From NCBI GenBank assembly GCA_963743525.1, contig CAVUQH010000008.1, positions 511,667 through 543,666 on the forward strand: a DNA stretch of 32,000 nucleotides, in the 5' to 3' direction. A program made the position numbers and the translations under genes. Of this stretch, positions 17,964 to 27,548 are shown in pieces. The notes under the pieces were generated by a model. That model searched no databases. It was not told the origin of the DNA and was given only the letters and a program-made list of their open reading frames with translations. The stretch comes from an uncultured delta proteobacterium. Its GTDB lineage: Bacteria; Myxococcota_A; Polyangia; Haliangiales; Haliangiaceae. How positions within the stretch are numbered: position 1 is the stretch's first letter; each line of letters starts with the position of its first letter.

Positions 17964-20900
17964 GTGAACGAGATCGTCGGCGACGGGCGCTTCGAGCTGG
18001 TACGCCGGCTGGGCGCAGGCGGCACCGGCGTGGTCTACGAGGCGCTGGACCGCGAGCGCGATCTGCGGGTGGCGCTCAAGCAGCTGACCCGCCTGGATGC
18101 GCAGTCGCTGTACCGGTTCAAGAGCGAGTTCCGCGCCTTGCAGGACATCGACCACCCCAACCTGGTGCGGCTGGGCGAGCTGGTCGAGGACGGTCGCAGC
18201 TGGTTCATGACCATGGAGCTGGTCGAAGGCGAGGAGATCGTCGCCTACTGCCGGCCCGGCGGCCGCGTCGATCACGACCGCGTGCGGCACACCTTTGCCC
18301 AGCTGGCAGCCGCCATCGAGGCGCTGCACGCGTCGGGCAAGATTCACCGCGACATCAAGCCGGCCAACGTCCTGGTCGATGTCCGGGGCCGCGCGGTGCT
18401 GCTCGACTTCGGCCTGCTGTTCGACACCTTCAGCACCGAGGCCGCCGAAGAAGCCGTGGTCGGCACCGCCGCGTACATGGCACCGGAGCAGGCGGCGTCC
18501 AAACACATCGGTCCAGCCGCCGATTGGTACGGCTTTGGCGCGGTCCTGTACGAAGCCCTCACCGGGGTGCAGCCGTTCGTCGGCAACCTGGTCGAGGTGC
18601 TCACGGAGAAACAGGTGCGCGAGCCGCCGCCGCCGCGCGAGCGGGCGCCCGAGACGCCTCCGGATCTCGACGCGCTGTGCACCGCGCTGCTTTCGTTCGA
18701 GCCGTCGGTGCGACCGGAGCCGCGGCAGATCGCGCGCGGGCTGGGCGTCGATGCCGCGCCGGCCACGAGCAGCGCGCCGGGCGTCAGCTCGTCGATGATG
18801 GGCGACGAGCTGTTCGTCGGCCGCGAGCCCGAGCTGGCGGCGCTGGCCGCTCTGTTCGAACGGGCGCGAAGCGGGCAGATGGCCCTCGGCTTCGTCGTCG
18901 GCGATTCGGGTGTGGGCAAGAGCTCGCTCCTGCGTCACTTCACCAACGAGGCGCGCGCCGCCGAGCCGACCTCGTTGATCCTGCGCGGCCGCTGCTACGA
19001 GCGCGAGTCGGTTCACTTCAAGGCGTTCGACGGGCTCATCGATGAGCTCAGCCGGCACATGACGCGAATGGGTGAGGAGGACAGCTGGGACATCCTGCCC
19101 GCCGACAGCGCGCTGCTGCCGCAGGTGTTCGCGGTGATGGGGCGCGTGCGCGGCATCGCTCGCGCGACGCGCCCGTTGCGTGGTCCCCGCGATCCCAGCG
19201 CGCTGCGCACGCGGGTCTTTGCCATCCTGCGCGAGATCTTCTCCAACCTCGCCGCCCGCCGGGTGGTGGTCATCACCATCGACGACTTCCAGTGGGCCGA
19301 CGCCGACAGCCAGGCGCTGCTGTCGGAGCTGGTGCGCGAGCCCGGCGCACCGCCGATCTGCCTGCTGGTGACCTCGCGCGACGCGTCGCTGGCGCCCGCC
19401 GGCGCCGAGGTGATCGAGGTGCCGTCGCTGCCGCGCGACGACGCCGAGGAGCTGGTCCGCCGACTGCTCGAGCACACGCGGGTCGCCGGTGCCGACGCTC
19501 GCGCCATCGCCGCCGAGAGCGGCGGACACCCGCTGTTCATCGACGAGATGGTCCGGCACGCGGCGCTGTCTGGTGAGCCGGGCATGCACCTCGACGACGC
19601 GATTCGCGCGCGGGTGGCCCGGCTGCAGCCGGAAGCGGCGCAGTTGCTCCGCGTGGTCTCGGTCGCCGGCGTGCCGCTGGCGACCGACGTGATCCGCGCA
19701 GTGGCGACCCTCGACCCGGGACAGATGGAACGCGCGACGTCGCAGCTGCGGGTGGCGCGCATGGTTCGCTCGCCGCGCCAGGGGCAGCTCGAGGTTTATC
19801 ACGACCGGGTGCGCGCGGCGGTGATCGAATCGATCGACGCCGGCGAGCGCCGGGCGATGCACGGGCGGCTGGCCGCGGCGCTCGAGACCCGCGACCTGGC
19901 CCGCGAGAGACCGGAGGTGATGGTCCGCCACCTGGTAGCCGCCGGCGATCACCAGGCTGCAGCGGCCTACGCTCTGCGCGCGGCCAAGCGCGCCGCTGAT
20001 GCCTTCGCCTTCGACCGCGCCGCGGACCTCTACCACCTGGCGCTGGAGAGTGGCGACCAGGACGCCGCCGGCAAGCGGGCTCTGCGCATCGAGCTGGCCA
20101 CGGTGCTGGCCCACGCCGGGCGCGGGCGCGATGCGGCGCCGCTCCTTCTCGAGGCGGCCAGTGGCGCCGATCCGGCGACCCGGACCGAGTGCCAGCGCCT
20201 GGCCGCGCGCCATCTCCTGCAGAGTGGCCACTTCGAGCAGGGGATCGACGCCCTGGGTGAGGCGCTGGCCGAGCAATCGCTGGTGCTGCCCAAGACGCCC
20301 AGGCGTGCGCTGGCGTCACTGTTGTGGCAGCGAATGCGCTTGCGCATGCGCGGGCTGCGCTGGCATCGCCGCCACGCGCGCGAGGTCGCCGACAGCGAGC
20401 TCGCCCGGGTCAACGTGCTCCTCGACGTCGGTGAGGCGCTGGGCATGTTCGACAGCATCCGCGGCGCCGACTTCCAGGTGCGCGGCCTGCGCGAGGCGCT
20501 GCGCCTGGGCGAGCCGACCAGGGTCGTGCGCGGGCTGTGCGTCGAGGCGATCTACGCCGCGTCACAGGGGGGCCGCAGCGTCGCCCGCTCACGCGATCTG
20601 GTAGTCCAGTTGCAGTCACTCGTGCGCGAGGTCGGCGACCCGTTCCTCGAGGCGCTTGCGGTCACCGCCGTCGGCATCGTCGACTATCTGGGCGGCGATC
20701 TGGTCGAGGCCAGCAAGCGCCTGGCCGAGGTCGTCGACCGCTTCGGCGATCTGGGCTCGTCGTGGGAGCTCAACAACGCGCGGCTGTTCCACTCGTTCAC
20801 CGTCCGCTGGACCGGCCAGCTCGATCGCCGCGCCGAGGTGCGCGAGGTCGACATCGGCGACGCCCACCGCCGCGGCGACATGTACATGGAGACCGCAGTG

Positions 20901-21512
20901 CGACTGACCAGCAGCTTGCTGCTGTTGGCCCAGGACCGCCCCGACGATGCCGAGCTCGACCTCGACGCGGTCTCCTGGCGGCCGCCGACGGTCGGCTTCC
21001 ATCTGCAGCACTGGTGGGAGCTCGAGGCCCGCACCGAGCTGGCGATCTATCGCGGCGACGTCGCCGATCGCCTGCCCGAGCTGGAGCCGCAGTTTCGCGC
21101 GCTGGGCAAGTCGCTGCTGTTGCGCATCCAGTTCGTCCGCGCCAACTCGGCCTGGGTGTGGGCGCGCTTGTGCCTGGCACTGGGCGAGGCGCGCACTGCC
21201 GAGGTCGCCCGCGCCGCGCGCAAGCTGGCCCACGAAGGCGTCGACAACGCCGCGGTCTGGTCGGCGCTCCTGCGCGCCGCGCTGGCTTCCGCGCGCGACC
21301 CGCGCGGCGCCGCCGAGATCCTGGCCGAGGCGGCGCCGGTCGCCGAGCGGATCGGCATGCCGCTCCTGGCCCGGGTCTGCGAGCTGCGGCGGGCGCAGCT
21401 GCGCGAGAACGCCTCCCACGCCGCCGACGCGATCCGCTGGTTGCGCGGGCAGGGCGCCGTCGATCCGGAGCGCTTGGCGACCGTGCTGGCGCCCGGCTTT
21501 ACTTTGCCGTGA
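17964..21512 (+). CDS. Ser/Thr protein kinase fused to AAA/STAND-type NTPase and helical-repeat C-terminal region (PknK-like architecture)
   Basis: LGAGGTGVVYEA, VALKQL, IHRDIKPANVLV, DFGL, GTAAYMAPEQ. Then FVGREPELAALAALFERARSG...VVGDSGVGKSSLL (Walker A) and VVVITIDDFQWAD (Walker B). About 600 aa of Ala/Leu/Arg-rich helical repeats follow. Start taken as GTG 17964; GTG 17901 is an alternative. Confidence 0.85.
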   Translation: MNEIVGDGRFELVRRLGAGGTGVVYEALDRERDLRVALKQLTRLDAQSLYRFKSEFRALQDIDHPNLVRLGELVEDGRSWFMTMELVEGEEIVAYCRPGGRVDHDRVRHTFAQLAAAIEALHASGKIHRDIKPANVLVDVRGRAVLLDFGLLFDTFSTEAAEEAVVGTAAYMAPEQAASKHIGPAADWYGFGAVLYEALTGVQPFVGNLVEVLTEKQVREPPPPRERAPETPPDLDALCTALLSFEPSVRPEPRQIARGLGVDAAPATSSAPGVSSSMMGDELFVGREPELAALAALFERARSGQMALGFVVGDSGVGKSSLLRHFTNEARAAEPTSLILRGRCYERESVHFKAFDGLIDELSRHMTRMGEEDSWDILPADSALLPQVFAVMGRVRGIARATRPLRGPRDPSALRTRVFAILREIFSNLAARRVVVITIDDFQWADADSQALLSELVREPGAPPICLLVTSRDASLAPAGAEVIEVPSLPRDDAEELVRRLLEHTRVAGADARAIAAESGGHPLFIDEMVRHAALSGEPGMHLDDAIRARVARLQPEAAQLLRVVSVAGVPLATDVIRAVATLDPGQMERATSQLRVARMVRSPRQGQLEVYHDRVRAAVIESIDAGERRAMHGRLAAALETRDLARERPEVMVRHLVAAGDHQAAAAYALRAAKRAADAFAFDRAADLYHLALESGDQDAAGKRALRIELATVLAHAGRGRDAAPLLLEAASGADPATRTECQRLAARHLLQSGHFEQGIDALGEALAEQSLVLPKTPRRALASLLWQRMRLRMRGLRWHRRHAREVADSELARVNVLLDVGEALGMFDSIRGADFQVRGLREALRLGEPTRVVRGLCVEAIYAASQGGRSVARSRDLVVQLQSLVREVGDPFLEALAVTAVGIVDYLGGDLVEASKRLAEVVDRFGDLGSSWELNNARLFHSFTVRWTGQLDRRAEVREVDIGDAHRRGDMYMETAVRLTSSLLLLAQDRPDDAELDLDAVSWRPPTVGFHLQHWWELEARTELAIYRGDVADRLPELEPQFRALGKSLLLRIQFVRANSAWVWARLCLALGEARTAEVARAARKLAHEGVDNAAVWSALLRAALASARDPRGAAEILAEAAPVAERIGMPLLARVCELRRAQLRENASHAADAIRWLRGQGAVDPERLATVLAPGFTLP

Positions 21513-23046
21513 GCTCGGCGGAGACGCCGTAGCGGCCCAACAGGTCGCCGGTCAGCGCCTCGAGCCCGGTCAGCGCCGCTTGCTGGTCAACCTTGGCCCG
21601 CTCCATACTGAGCCTGGCCTGCGCCAGCTCGTCCTGGCGCGCCAGCACGTCGAAGCTGCGCGACTCGCCGGCCTGGAACAGCACCTTCTCGTTGTCCAGG
21701 TTCTTCTCGGCCAGCTCGATGGCGACGCCGGCGACCTCAATCCGCTTGCTCGCGGCGCGGAGCAGGTTCATCGCCCGCACCACCTCGACCGACAGGTCGC
21801 GCTGCAGGGTGGCCGCGTCGAGCCTGGCCTGGCTGACCCGGCCGCGGGCCACGGCGTCGGCGCCGCGCGCGCCGCGGTTGCCGAGTGCCTGCCGGTAGGT
21901 GAGGCTGGCGGTGGCCGAGAACGACGAGAAGGTACCCATCTGCTTGAGCGTGTCGCCGACGCCGGTGCTGCTGGCGTCGGGGCCGATGCTGGCGGCCGCG
22001 TCGAGGTGCGGGCGCAGCGCGTCGGCAGCGACGTCAACGTCGACGCCCGCGGTCTTTTCCTGCAGCCGCGCCAGCGCCAGGCGCGGGTTCTGCTCGCGGG
22101 CGCGCGCCAGCGCCTTGTCGAGATCGAGCGCGGCCGGCACCTCCTTGGGCAGATCGGCCGCGGTCAGATCGATCTCGCCGGGGCCGATCTCCAGTCCGAC
22201 CAGGCGGCGCAGGCTGAGCGACTGCTCCGACCGCTGGATCTCGGCGGCCAGCACCGCTTGCTCGCGCACGGCGATGGCCTGCTCGACCGCCAGCGCCTCG
22301 GTCGGCGCGGCGACCTTCTGGCCGATGGCCAGGCGGGTGATGCGCAGCTGCTCGCGGGCCAGGTCGAGCGACTGTTTGCGGATCTCCAGGGTGCGGTCGG
22401 CAAAGGCGAGCTCCCAGTAGCCGGCGATCACCTGCTGCACGGCTGCCGTTGCGGCGATCTGCCGCTGCAAGCCGGCGGCGTCGTGGGCCAGGCGCGCGCG
22501 TCGCTGCTGGGCGCGCGCCACTTTGCGCCCGCTTCCGGCCAGCAGCGGGTGGGTGATGCTGGCGATCAGCGAGCCCTGATACGTCGTCGAGTCGGCGTTC
22601 ATGCTGCTGCCGGGGCCGAGGACGATGGCGTAGGTGGTCGCGGCCCAGCCGCCCTTCAGCTTGACGTCAACGGTGCCGCCGGTCGGCAGCGCCCGGGACA
22701 GCTCGCCCTGCATCGACAGGCTGTCGTCGGCGGTGATCTGGAACGGGTTGCCCGCGACCACGTCGTGGCGCAGCGACGCCCACAGGCCCGTCGCCGACAG
22801 CTGCCAGTCGTCAACGCCCTCGGCCTGCAGCTCGCCGGCGTTGGCGATGGCGACGTCAACCGCCGTGCGCGCCAGCTCCGGGTTCTGCTGCACGATGACG
22901 TCGAGCAGCTCGCTGAGGTGGATGGAGCGCGGTGGGCGCTGGTTGGCAGCTTCGGCCGAGACGTCGGACGGTTCGCCGTCCGCGGGCTGGGCGTGGGCCT
23001 GCGGTGCCAGCAGCGCCAGCGCCAGACAGGCGGTCAGGATCTTCAT
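21499..23046 (-). CDS. TolC-family outer-membrane efflux channel
   Basis: Internal ATG 23046 of ORF 21499..23112, preceded by GAGG. Signal peptide MKILTACLALALLAPQAHA-QP. LSELLDVIVQQNPELARTAVDVAIANAGELQA plus two-fold repeat organisation is typical of outer-membrane factor proteins. Confidence 0.85.
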   Translation of the reverse strand: MKILTACLALALLAPQAHAQPADGEPSDVSAEAANQRPPRSIHLSELLDVIVQQNPELARTAVDVAIANAGELQAEGVDDWQLSATGLWASLRHDVVAGNPFQITADDSLSMQGELSRALPTGGTVDVKLKGGWAATTYAIVLGPGSSMNADSTTYQGSLIASITHPLLAGSGRKVARAQQRRARLAHDAAGLQRQIAATAAVQQVIAGYWELAFADRTLEIRKQSLDLAREQLRITRLAIGQKVAAPTEALAVEQAIAVREQAVLAAEIQRSEQSLSLRRLVGLEIGPGEIDLTAADLPKEVPAALDLDKALARAREQNPRLALARLQEKTAGVDVDVAADALRPHLDAAASIGPDASSTGVGDTLKQMGTFSSFSATASLTYRQALGNRGARGADAVARGRVSQARLDAATLQRDLSVEVVRAMNLLRAASKRIEVAGVAIELAEKNLDNEKVLFQAGESRSFDVLARQDELAQARLSMERAKVDQQAALTGLEALTGDLLGRYGVSAELTAK

Positions 23047-23050
23047 CAGT

Positions 23051-24217
23051 TCAACCTCGCATTGCCTCGGCGGGCCGGATGCGCGCAGCGCGGATTGCCG
23101 GCAAGAAGCCACCGATGACGCCCATGATGGTGCCGAACAGCAGGGCCCAGAACAGGGTCCCCGCCGTCGGATCGAAGGTGAAGACGATCTCGGACCAGGT
23201 GGCGAAGTTCATCATCGAGAACTCGACGAAACCCATCAGCAGCGCCGCGACCATGCCGATGAGGCCGCCGGTCAGCGCGATCATGATCGCCTCGAGCAGG
23301 AACGACAGGAGGATCGAGAAGCGCGAGAAGCCGAGGGCGCGCAAGGTTCCGATCTCTCGCTGTCGCTGGGCGACGGCGCCCTGCATGGTGATCAGCGCGC
23401 CGAGCATGGCGCCGAACGAGAAGAAGATGGCGATGATCATGCCCATGATCTTCATGAACTTCGCCGTGTCCTCGCTGGTGTTCTCGTAGTAGGCGCGCTC
23501 GCGCATGGCGTCCAGCCCCAGCCGCTTGTCGCTCTCGACCTTGGCCGCGAAGGTGTCGTAGGCCGCGGGTGAGGTGAGCTGGACGGTCACCGACGACACC
23601 AGGTTGTCGCGGCCGAACGAGCTGCGCACGGTGTCAACGTCTGCCCAGATCTCCGACTCGTGCGACGAGCCACCATCCTCGAACACGCCGACCACCGTGA
23701 CCGGGCGGTTGGACTTGAGCTCGAAGCTGTCGCCCAGATCGACGTGGGAGAAGCGGCCGCGGATGCGATTGCCGATGATCACCTCGTCGGTGCCAGGCCT
23801 GGCCGGGCGGCCGTCGACGATGTGCACACCGCTGTGGAAGGTCAGGGCGTTGTCGGGAACCCCGCGGACCTGCACGTTCGACACCTTGCCCGGCTCGCCG
23901 ACCTTCTCCAGGGCGATGACCACGACCAGCTCGCCGACGCCGAGCGGACCGTCGGCGTCGCGCTTGACCCCGGGGCTGTCCATCACCAGCTTGGCGGTGG
24001 CCAGGTCGATGCTGCTCGACAGCTCGGCGTCGGAGCCGTCGCGAAGGACGATGGCCCGGTCGTTGCTGCCAGTCGCGGCCATGGTCTTCTTGATGCCGTC
24101 GCTGAGCATCATCGCCGCGGCCAGGACGAACACCACCAGGCCGATACCCAGCGCCGTGGCGATGGTGGTCGCCTTGCGCACCAGCAAGCTGCGGACGTTG
24201 TAGCTGATGGGGACCAT
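23051..24217 (-). CDS. ABC transporter permease, MacB/FtsX type (permease 2)
   Basis: N-terminal TM (ATTIATALGIGLVVFVLAAAMM), about 200-aa periplasmic domain, C-terminal FtsX module (REIGTLRALGFSR...). GAGGAG RBS present. Stop lies 4 nt before the tolC-like start. Confidence 0.85.
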   Translation of the reverse strand: MVPISYNVRSLLVRKATTIATALGIGLVVFVLAAAMMLSDGIKKTMAATGSNDRAIVLRDGSDAELSSSIDLATAKLVMDSPGVKRDADGPLGVGELVVVIALEKVGEPGKVSNVQVRGVPDNALTFHSGVHIVDGRPARPGTDEVIIGNRIRGRFSHVDLGDSFELKSNRPVTVVGVFEDGGSSHESEIWADVDTVRSSFGRDNLVSSVTVQLTSPAAYDTFAAKVESDKRLGLDAMRERAYYENTSEDTAKFMKIMGMIIAIFFSFGAMLGALITMQGAVAQRQREIGTLRALGFSRFSILLSFLLEAIMIALTGGLIGMVAALLMGFVEFSMMNFATWSEIVFTFDPTAGTLFWALLFGTIMGVIGGFLPAIRAARIRPAEAMRG

Positions 24218-24227
24218 GTCGTTCTCC

Positions 24228-25415
24228 TCAGCCGACCCGCCGGATGGCGTCGACGATCTCGATCCGCGAAGACCGGTACGCGGGGATGGCAGCGGCGACG
24301 ATACCGAGCAGGATCGACAGCCCGAGGGCCATCAGCGCGGTGCTGGAGCTGACGCGGAAGACGGGGAAGAAGTTGCCCATGTTCTCTTCCAGCGCCGGGC
24401 CGATGCCGTTGTTGATCATGCCGTAGGCGCACAGCAGACCCAGTCCACCGCCGATCAGCCCGAGCGTGGCCGCCTCGCCGAGGATGAACATCACCAGGTG
24501 TCGGGGCATGAAGCCGATGGCGCGCAGCACACCATACTCGTTGGTCCGCTCGCGCACGCCCATGGCGATGGTGTTGCCGAGGATCAGCAGCATGATGGCC
24601 AGGATCACCAGCGACACCACGTTGATCGCCGTGAGCACGGCGGTCAGCATGCCCATGAACGAGATCGCCAGCTGCCGTTCGCTCATGGTCAAGGTCTGGT
24701 CCGGGTAGCCGGAGAACAACTGATCGATCTTCTTGGAGATCTCGGCGCTCCTGGACGGGTCACTGATGCGGCTGGCGATCCAGCCGACCTTGTCCTTGCG
24801 CTGCTCGGGCAGCGACTCGTTCATGTAGTTCCAGTGGAAGTAGAAGCTGTTGCGGTCGGCCGACTTGCGCGTGGCGCGGTAGATGCCGGAGATCTCGAAG
24901 TCCCAGTTGCCGGGGAAGATCGTGCCCTCGAGAGTGACCTTGTCACCGACTTTCCAGCCGAACTTCCGCGCCAGCTGATCGCCGACGATGGCGCCGCGGC
25001 GGTTGCTCAGCCACGCCTTCTTCTCCTCCGGCGTCAGGCTGATCTCGTCGTAGACGCGGAGGAACGACTCCGGGTCAACGGCCATGTTGGCGAAGAACTC
25101 CTTCTCCTTGTTGGGGTTCTTGGCGCCGAACCAGTTGGCCCAGGTGACGTCGGTGACGCCCAGCGGCTGGCCGTTGACGTCCTTGTTCTGCCGCAGCTTG
25201 TCCACGTAGCTCAGCGGCAGCGGCATGATGAAGGTGATCTTGTGCCGCGTGCCCAGGCGATCCTTGGCCGCGTACTTGGCCCCCGCCTGCCAGGCGTCGA
25301 GCACGGTGCGCAGGCCCATGAACGCCAGCATCGTCACGACGATCGCCAGGATCGTCAGCCCCGTGCGCACCTTGTTGCGCAACAGGTTCTTCGCCGCGTA
25401 GGTGGCGGCGTTCAT
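24228..25415 (-). CDS. ABC transporter permease, MacB/FtsX type (permease 1; clearly different in sequence from permease 2)
   Basis: AAKNLLRNKVRTGLTILAIVVTMLAF, periplasmic domain, RERTNEYGVLRAIGFMPRHL FtsX module. ATGA overlap with the ATPase stop. Confidence 0.85.
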   Translation of the reverse strand: MNAATYAAKNLLRNKVRTGLTILAIVVTMLAFMGLRTVLDAWQAGAKYAAKDRLGTRHKITFIMPLPLSYVDKLRQNKDVNGQPLGVTDVTWANWFGAKNPNKEKEFFANMAVDPESFLRVYDEISLTPEEKKAWLSNRRGAIVGDQLARKFGWKVGDKVTLEGTIFPGNWDFEISGIYRATRKSADRNSFYFHWNYMNESLPEQRKDKVGWIASRISDPSRSAEISKKIDQLFSGYPDQTLTMSERQLAISFMGMLTAVLTAINVVSLVILAIMLLILGNTIAMGVRERTNEYGVLRAIGFMPRHLVMFILGEAATLGLIGGGLGLLCAYGMINNGIGPALEENMGNFFPVFRVSSSTALMALGLSILLGIVAAAIPAYRSSRIEIVDAIRRVG

Positions 25416-26167
25416 TGCAGCTGTCCCTTGTCGAGCTTGCGCACGATCGACGCGCGCTCGGCGGCGGCGGGATCGTGGGTGACCATGATGATGGTCTTGT
25501 CGAACTCCTTGTTGAGCTTGCCCAGCAGGTCGAGAACTTCACTGGCGCTGTCGCGGTCGAGGTCACCGGTCGGCTCGTCGGCGACGATGATCTTGGGGTC
25601 GTTGACGATGGCGCGGGCGATGGCCACGCGCTGTTCCTGACCACCGGACAGCTGCTTGGGCAGGTGGCTCACGCGGTCGGCCAGGCCGACTGCCTTGAGC
25701 GCGATGTTCGCCCGCTTCTTGCGCTCCTTGCCCGACAGGTGGGTGAGCAGCAGCGGCAGCTCGACGTTCTGCAGCGCGGTGAGCACCGGGATCAGGTTGA
25801 ACGACTGGAAGACGAAGCCGATGTTGGCCGCGCGCCACCTGGCGCGGGTGCCCTCGCTCATGCCGCCGACGTCGGCGCCGTCGATCTGCACCGTGCCCCG
25901 CGTCGGCACGTCGAGGCCGGCGATCAGGTTGAGCAAGGTCGATTTGCCCGAGCCTGACGGCCCCATCAGCGCCTCGAAGGCGCCCTGCTGCACGTCGAGG
26001 TCGAGGTCCTGGAGCACGTCCAGGCGCTCCTTGCCGCGCCAGTAGGTCTTGCTGATCTGGCGCAGCTTGATGATGTGCTCGATCTCTTTGGTGCCGCGAT
26101 AGACCGCTTCTTCGCCCGCGCGCTCCTTCTCGTCACCCGTCTCCGTCTCCGTCGTCGCGTCGCTCAT
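25412..26167 (-). CDS. ABC transporter ATP-binding protein (MacB/LolD-like)
   Basis: Internal ATG 26167 of ORF 25412..26590. GPSGSGKSTLLN (Walker A), LSGGQEQRVAIARA (signature), IIVADEPTGDLD (Walker B), MVTHD (H-loop). ATGA overlap with the adaptor stop. Confidence 0.92.
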   Translation of the reverse strand: MSDATTETETGDEKERAGEEAVYRGTKEIEHIIKLRQISKTYWRGKERLDVLQDLDLDVQQGAFEALMGPSGSGKSTLLNLIAGLDVPTRGTVQIDGADVGGMSEGTRARWRAANIGFVFQSFNLIPVLTALQNVELPLLLTHLSGKERKKRANIALKAVGLADRVSHLPKQLSGGQEQRVAIARAIVNDPKIIVADEPTGDLDRDSASEVLDLLGKLNKEFDKTIIMVTHDPAAAERASIVRKLDKGQLQ

Positions 26168-27405
26168 CCGTCGGTCCTTTCTTCGACGCGCTGTCCGTCG
26201 GACAGCGACCCGCTTGGATTCTTGACCACGTGGGTGCCCGCCGGCGGGCCCTGCGTGAGTACGAAGCCGCCGGCGTATTTCTCGCCCACGGCGACGGGGG
26301 TCATGCGCAGCTTGCCGTCGTCGATCACGAACACCACCTTGCTGCCGCCGCGGTTGGTGATCGCATTTTCGGGAACCACCAGCTTGGGCTGTTCCTTCAC
26401 CGCTTCGGCGTCGAGCGCCTGGGTCAGGAAGCTGGCGCGGGCGCTCATGTCGGGCAGCACGCCGGTCGGCTCGTCGACGAACGAGACCTTGACCGTGACC
26501 GTGGCCTTGGCCCGGTTGACCACCGGCACGATCTCCTTGACCTTGCCGCGGAACCGCTTGCTGGGGAACGCATCGAGGACAATCTCGCACGGCCCGCCCG
26601 CCTTGACCATGTGCAGGCGGCCTTCGGGGACGTCGGTCTCGACCACCAGGGTCGAGAAGTCGGCGATCTCGACCGCGCCGGTCAGCTCGGCGGCGGCGCC
26701 GCCGGGAACCGGTGTGATGACCTCGCCGATCTCGGGCGGCTTGTTGAGGATGCGGCCGGCGAGCGGCGCCAGCACGGTGAAGCCGTCGAGGTTGATCTCG
26801 AGCGCCTTGACCTGAGCCTGGGCGGCCCGGACCTCGGCGTCGGCGGCGCGGGCCGACTGCTCCAGCGAGCTCTGCCGCGCCTCGAGGTCGTCGGCGGTGG
26901 CCTCGGGGCGGACGCCGCGGGTGGCCAGCTTGCGCGCGCGCTCGGCCTGCAGCCTGATCTCGGTCAGGCTGGCGCGGGACGCCTGGGCACGGGCGCGGGC
27001 GGCGGCGACCTGGGCCTGGGCCTGGGCGATGGCGGCCGTCTGATCAGAGGTATCGAGGACGTACAGCACGTCGCCGGCCTTCACCGTCTGTCCCTGCTGC
27101 ACGTCAACCCGCGTCACCTTGCCGCTGACCTTGGGCGCGACCTTCGAGATCCGCTCGGCCTGAACGTAGCCGGTGCTGGTCAGCTCGATCGACGCCTGCG
27201 CCGGCGACACCAGCGTGATCTCGGTGACGTCGACCTTGGTCTGGAACACCTGGGCGCGCAGGTACGGGACCGCGAGGAAGTAGATCGCTCCACCGGCCGC
27301 GGCCACGATGACCAGGGCGATGATGATCTTCCTGGCCAAACCGCTGGAGGGCGGCGTTTCGCGGTCGATACGGAGGGACGCAAGGTCGCTGGAAAGGTCC
27401 GACAT
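26164..27405 (-). CDS. Periplasmic adaptor (HlyD/MacA membrane-fusion family)
   Basis: TM anchor KIIIALVIVAAAGGAIYFLAV, lipoyl-like VSGKVTRVDVQQGQTVKAGDVLYVLD, long Ala/Gln/Arg coiled-coil hairpin, barrel segments. Start is ATG 27405; 27423 and 27447 are alternatives. Confidence 0.85.
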   Translation of the reverse strand: MSDLSSDLASLRIDRETPPSSGLARKIIIALVIVAAAGGAIYFLAVPYLRAQVFQTKVDVTEITLVSPAQASIELTSTGYVQAERISKVAPKVSGKVTRVDVQQGQTVKAGDVLYVLDTSDQTAAIAQAQAQVAAARARAQASRASLTEIRLQAERARKLATRGVRPEATADDLEARQSSLEQSARAADAEVRAAQAQVKALEINLDGFTVLAPLAGRILNKPPEIGEVITPVPGGAAAELTGAVEIADFSTLVVETDVPEGRLHMVKAGGPCEIVLDAFPSKRFRGKVKEIVPVVNRAKATVTVKVSFVDEPTGVLPDMSARASFLTQALDAEAVKEQPKLVVPENAITNRGGSKVVFVIDDGKLRMTPVAVGEKYAGGFVLTQGPPAGTHVVKNPSGSLSDGQRVEERTDG

Positions 27406-27447
27406 GGGCAGCTGCCGGAACATAGCGGAGCAGTTGCCCGCTGGCAA

Positions 27448-27548
27448 AGCCGATCGCGCGACGTCACGCTTGTTAGAACTGCTGGAGAAGATTTAACAAA
27501 ACTTCACCAGTCGCAGTGGCGCGACCCCGTGATCGCGATGCCCGGTAG
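27448..27548 (-). promoter_or_regulatory. AT-rich island upstream of the efflux operon with TTGTTA-N18-TAACAA inverted repeat / candidate -35 and -10
   Basis: 27470-27499: ttgtta gaactgctggagaagatt taacaa. Read on the minus strand this gives TTGTTA (-35-like), an 18-nt spacer and TAACAA (weak -10-like), about 45-65 nt upstream of the adaptor start codons. Confidence 0.3.

Noticed and set aside
25412-26590. 5' extensions of tracked ORFs: 25412..26590, 12173..13117, 10675..11568, 10115..10813, 6676..7215, 3739..5055, 21499..23112, 594..2039.
   Set aside because: The extensions are Arg/Pro-rich, overlap the upstream gene and lack homology to the family N-termini. Internal starts give N-termini colinear with known family members, often with an RBS or stop/start coupling.
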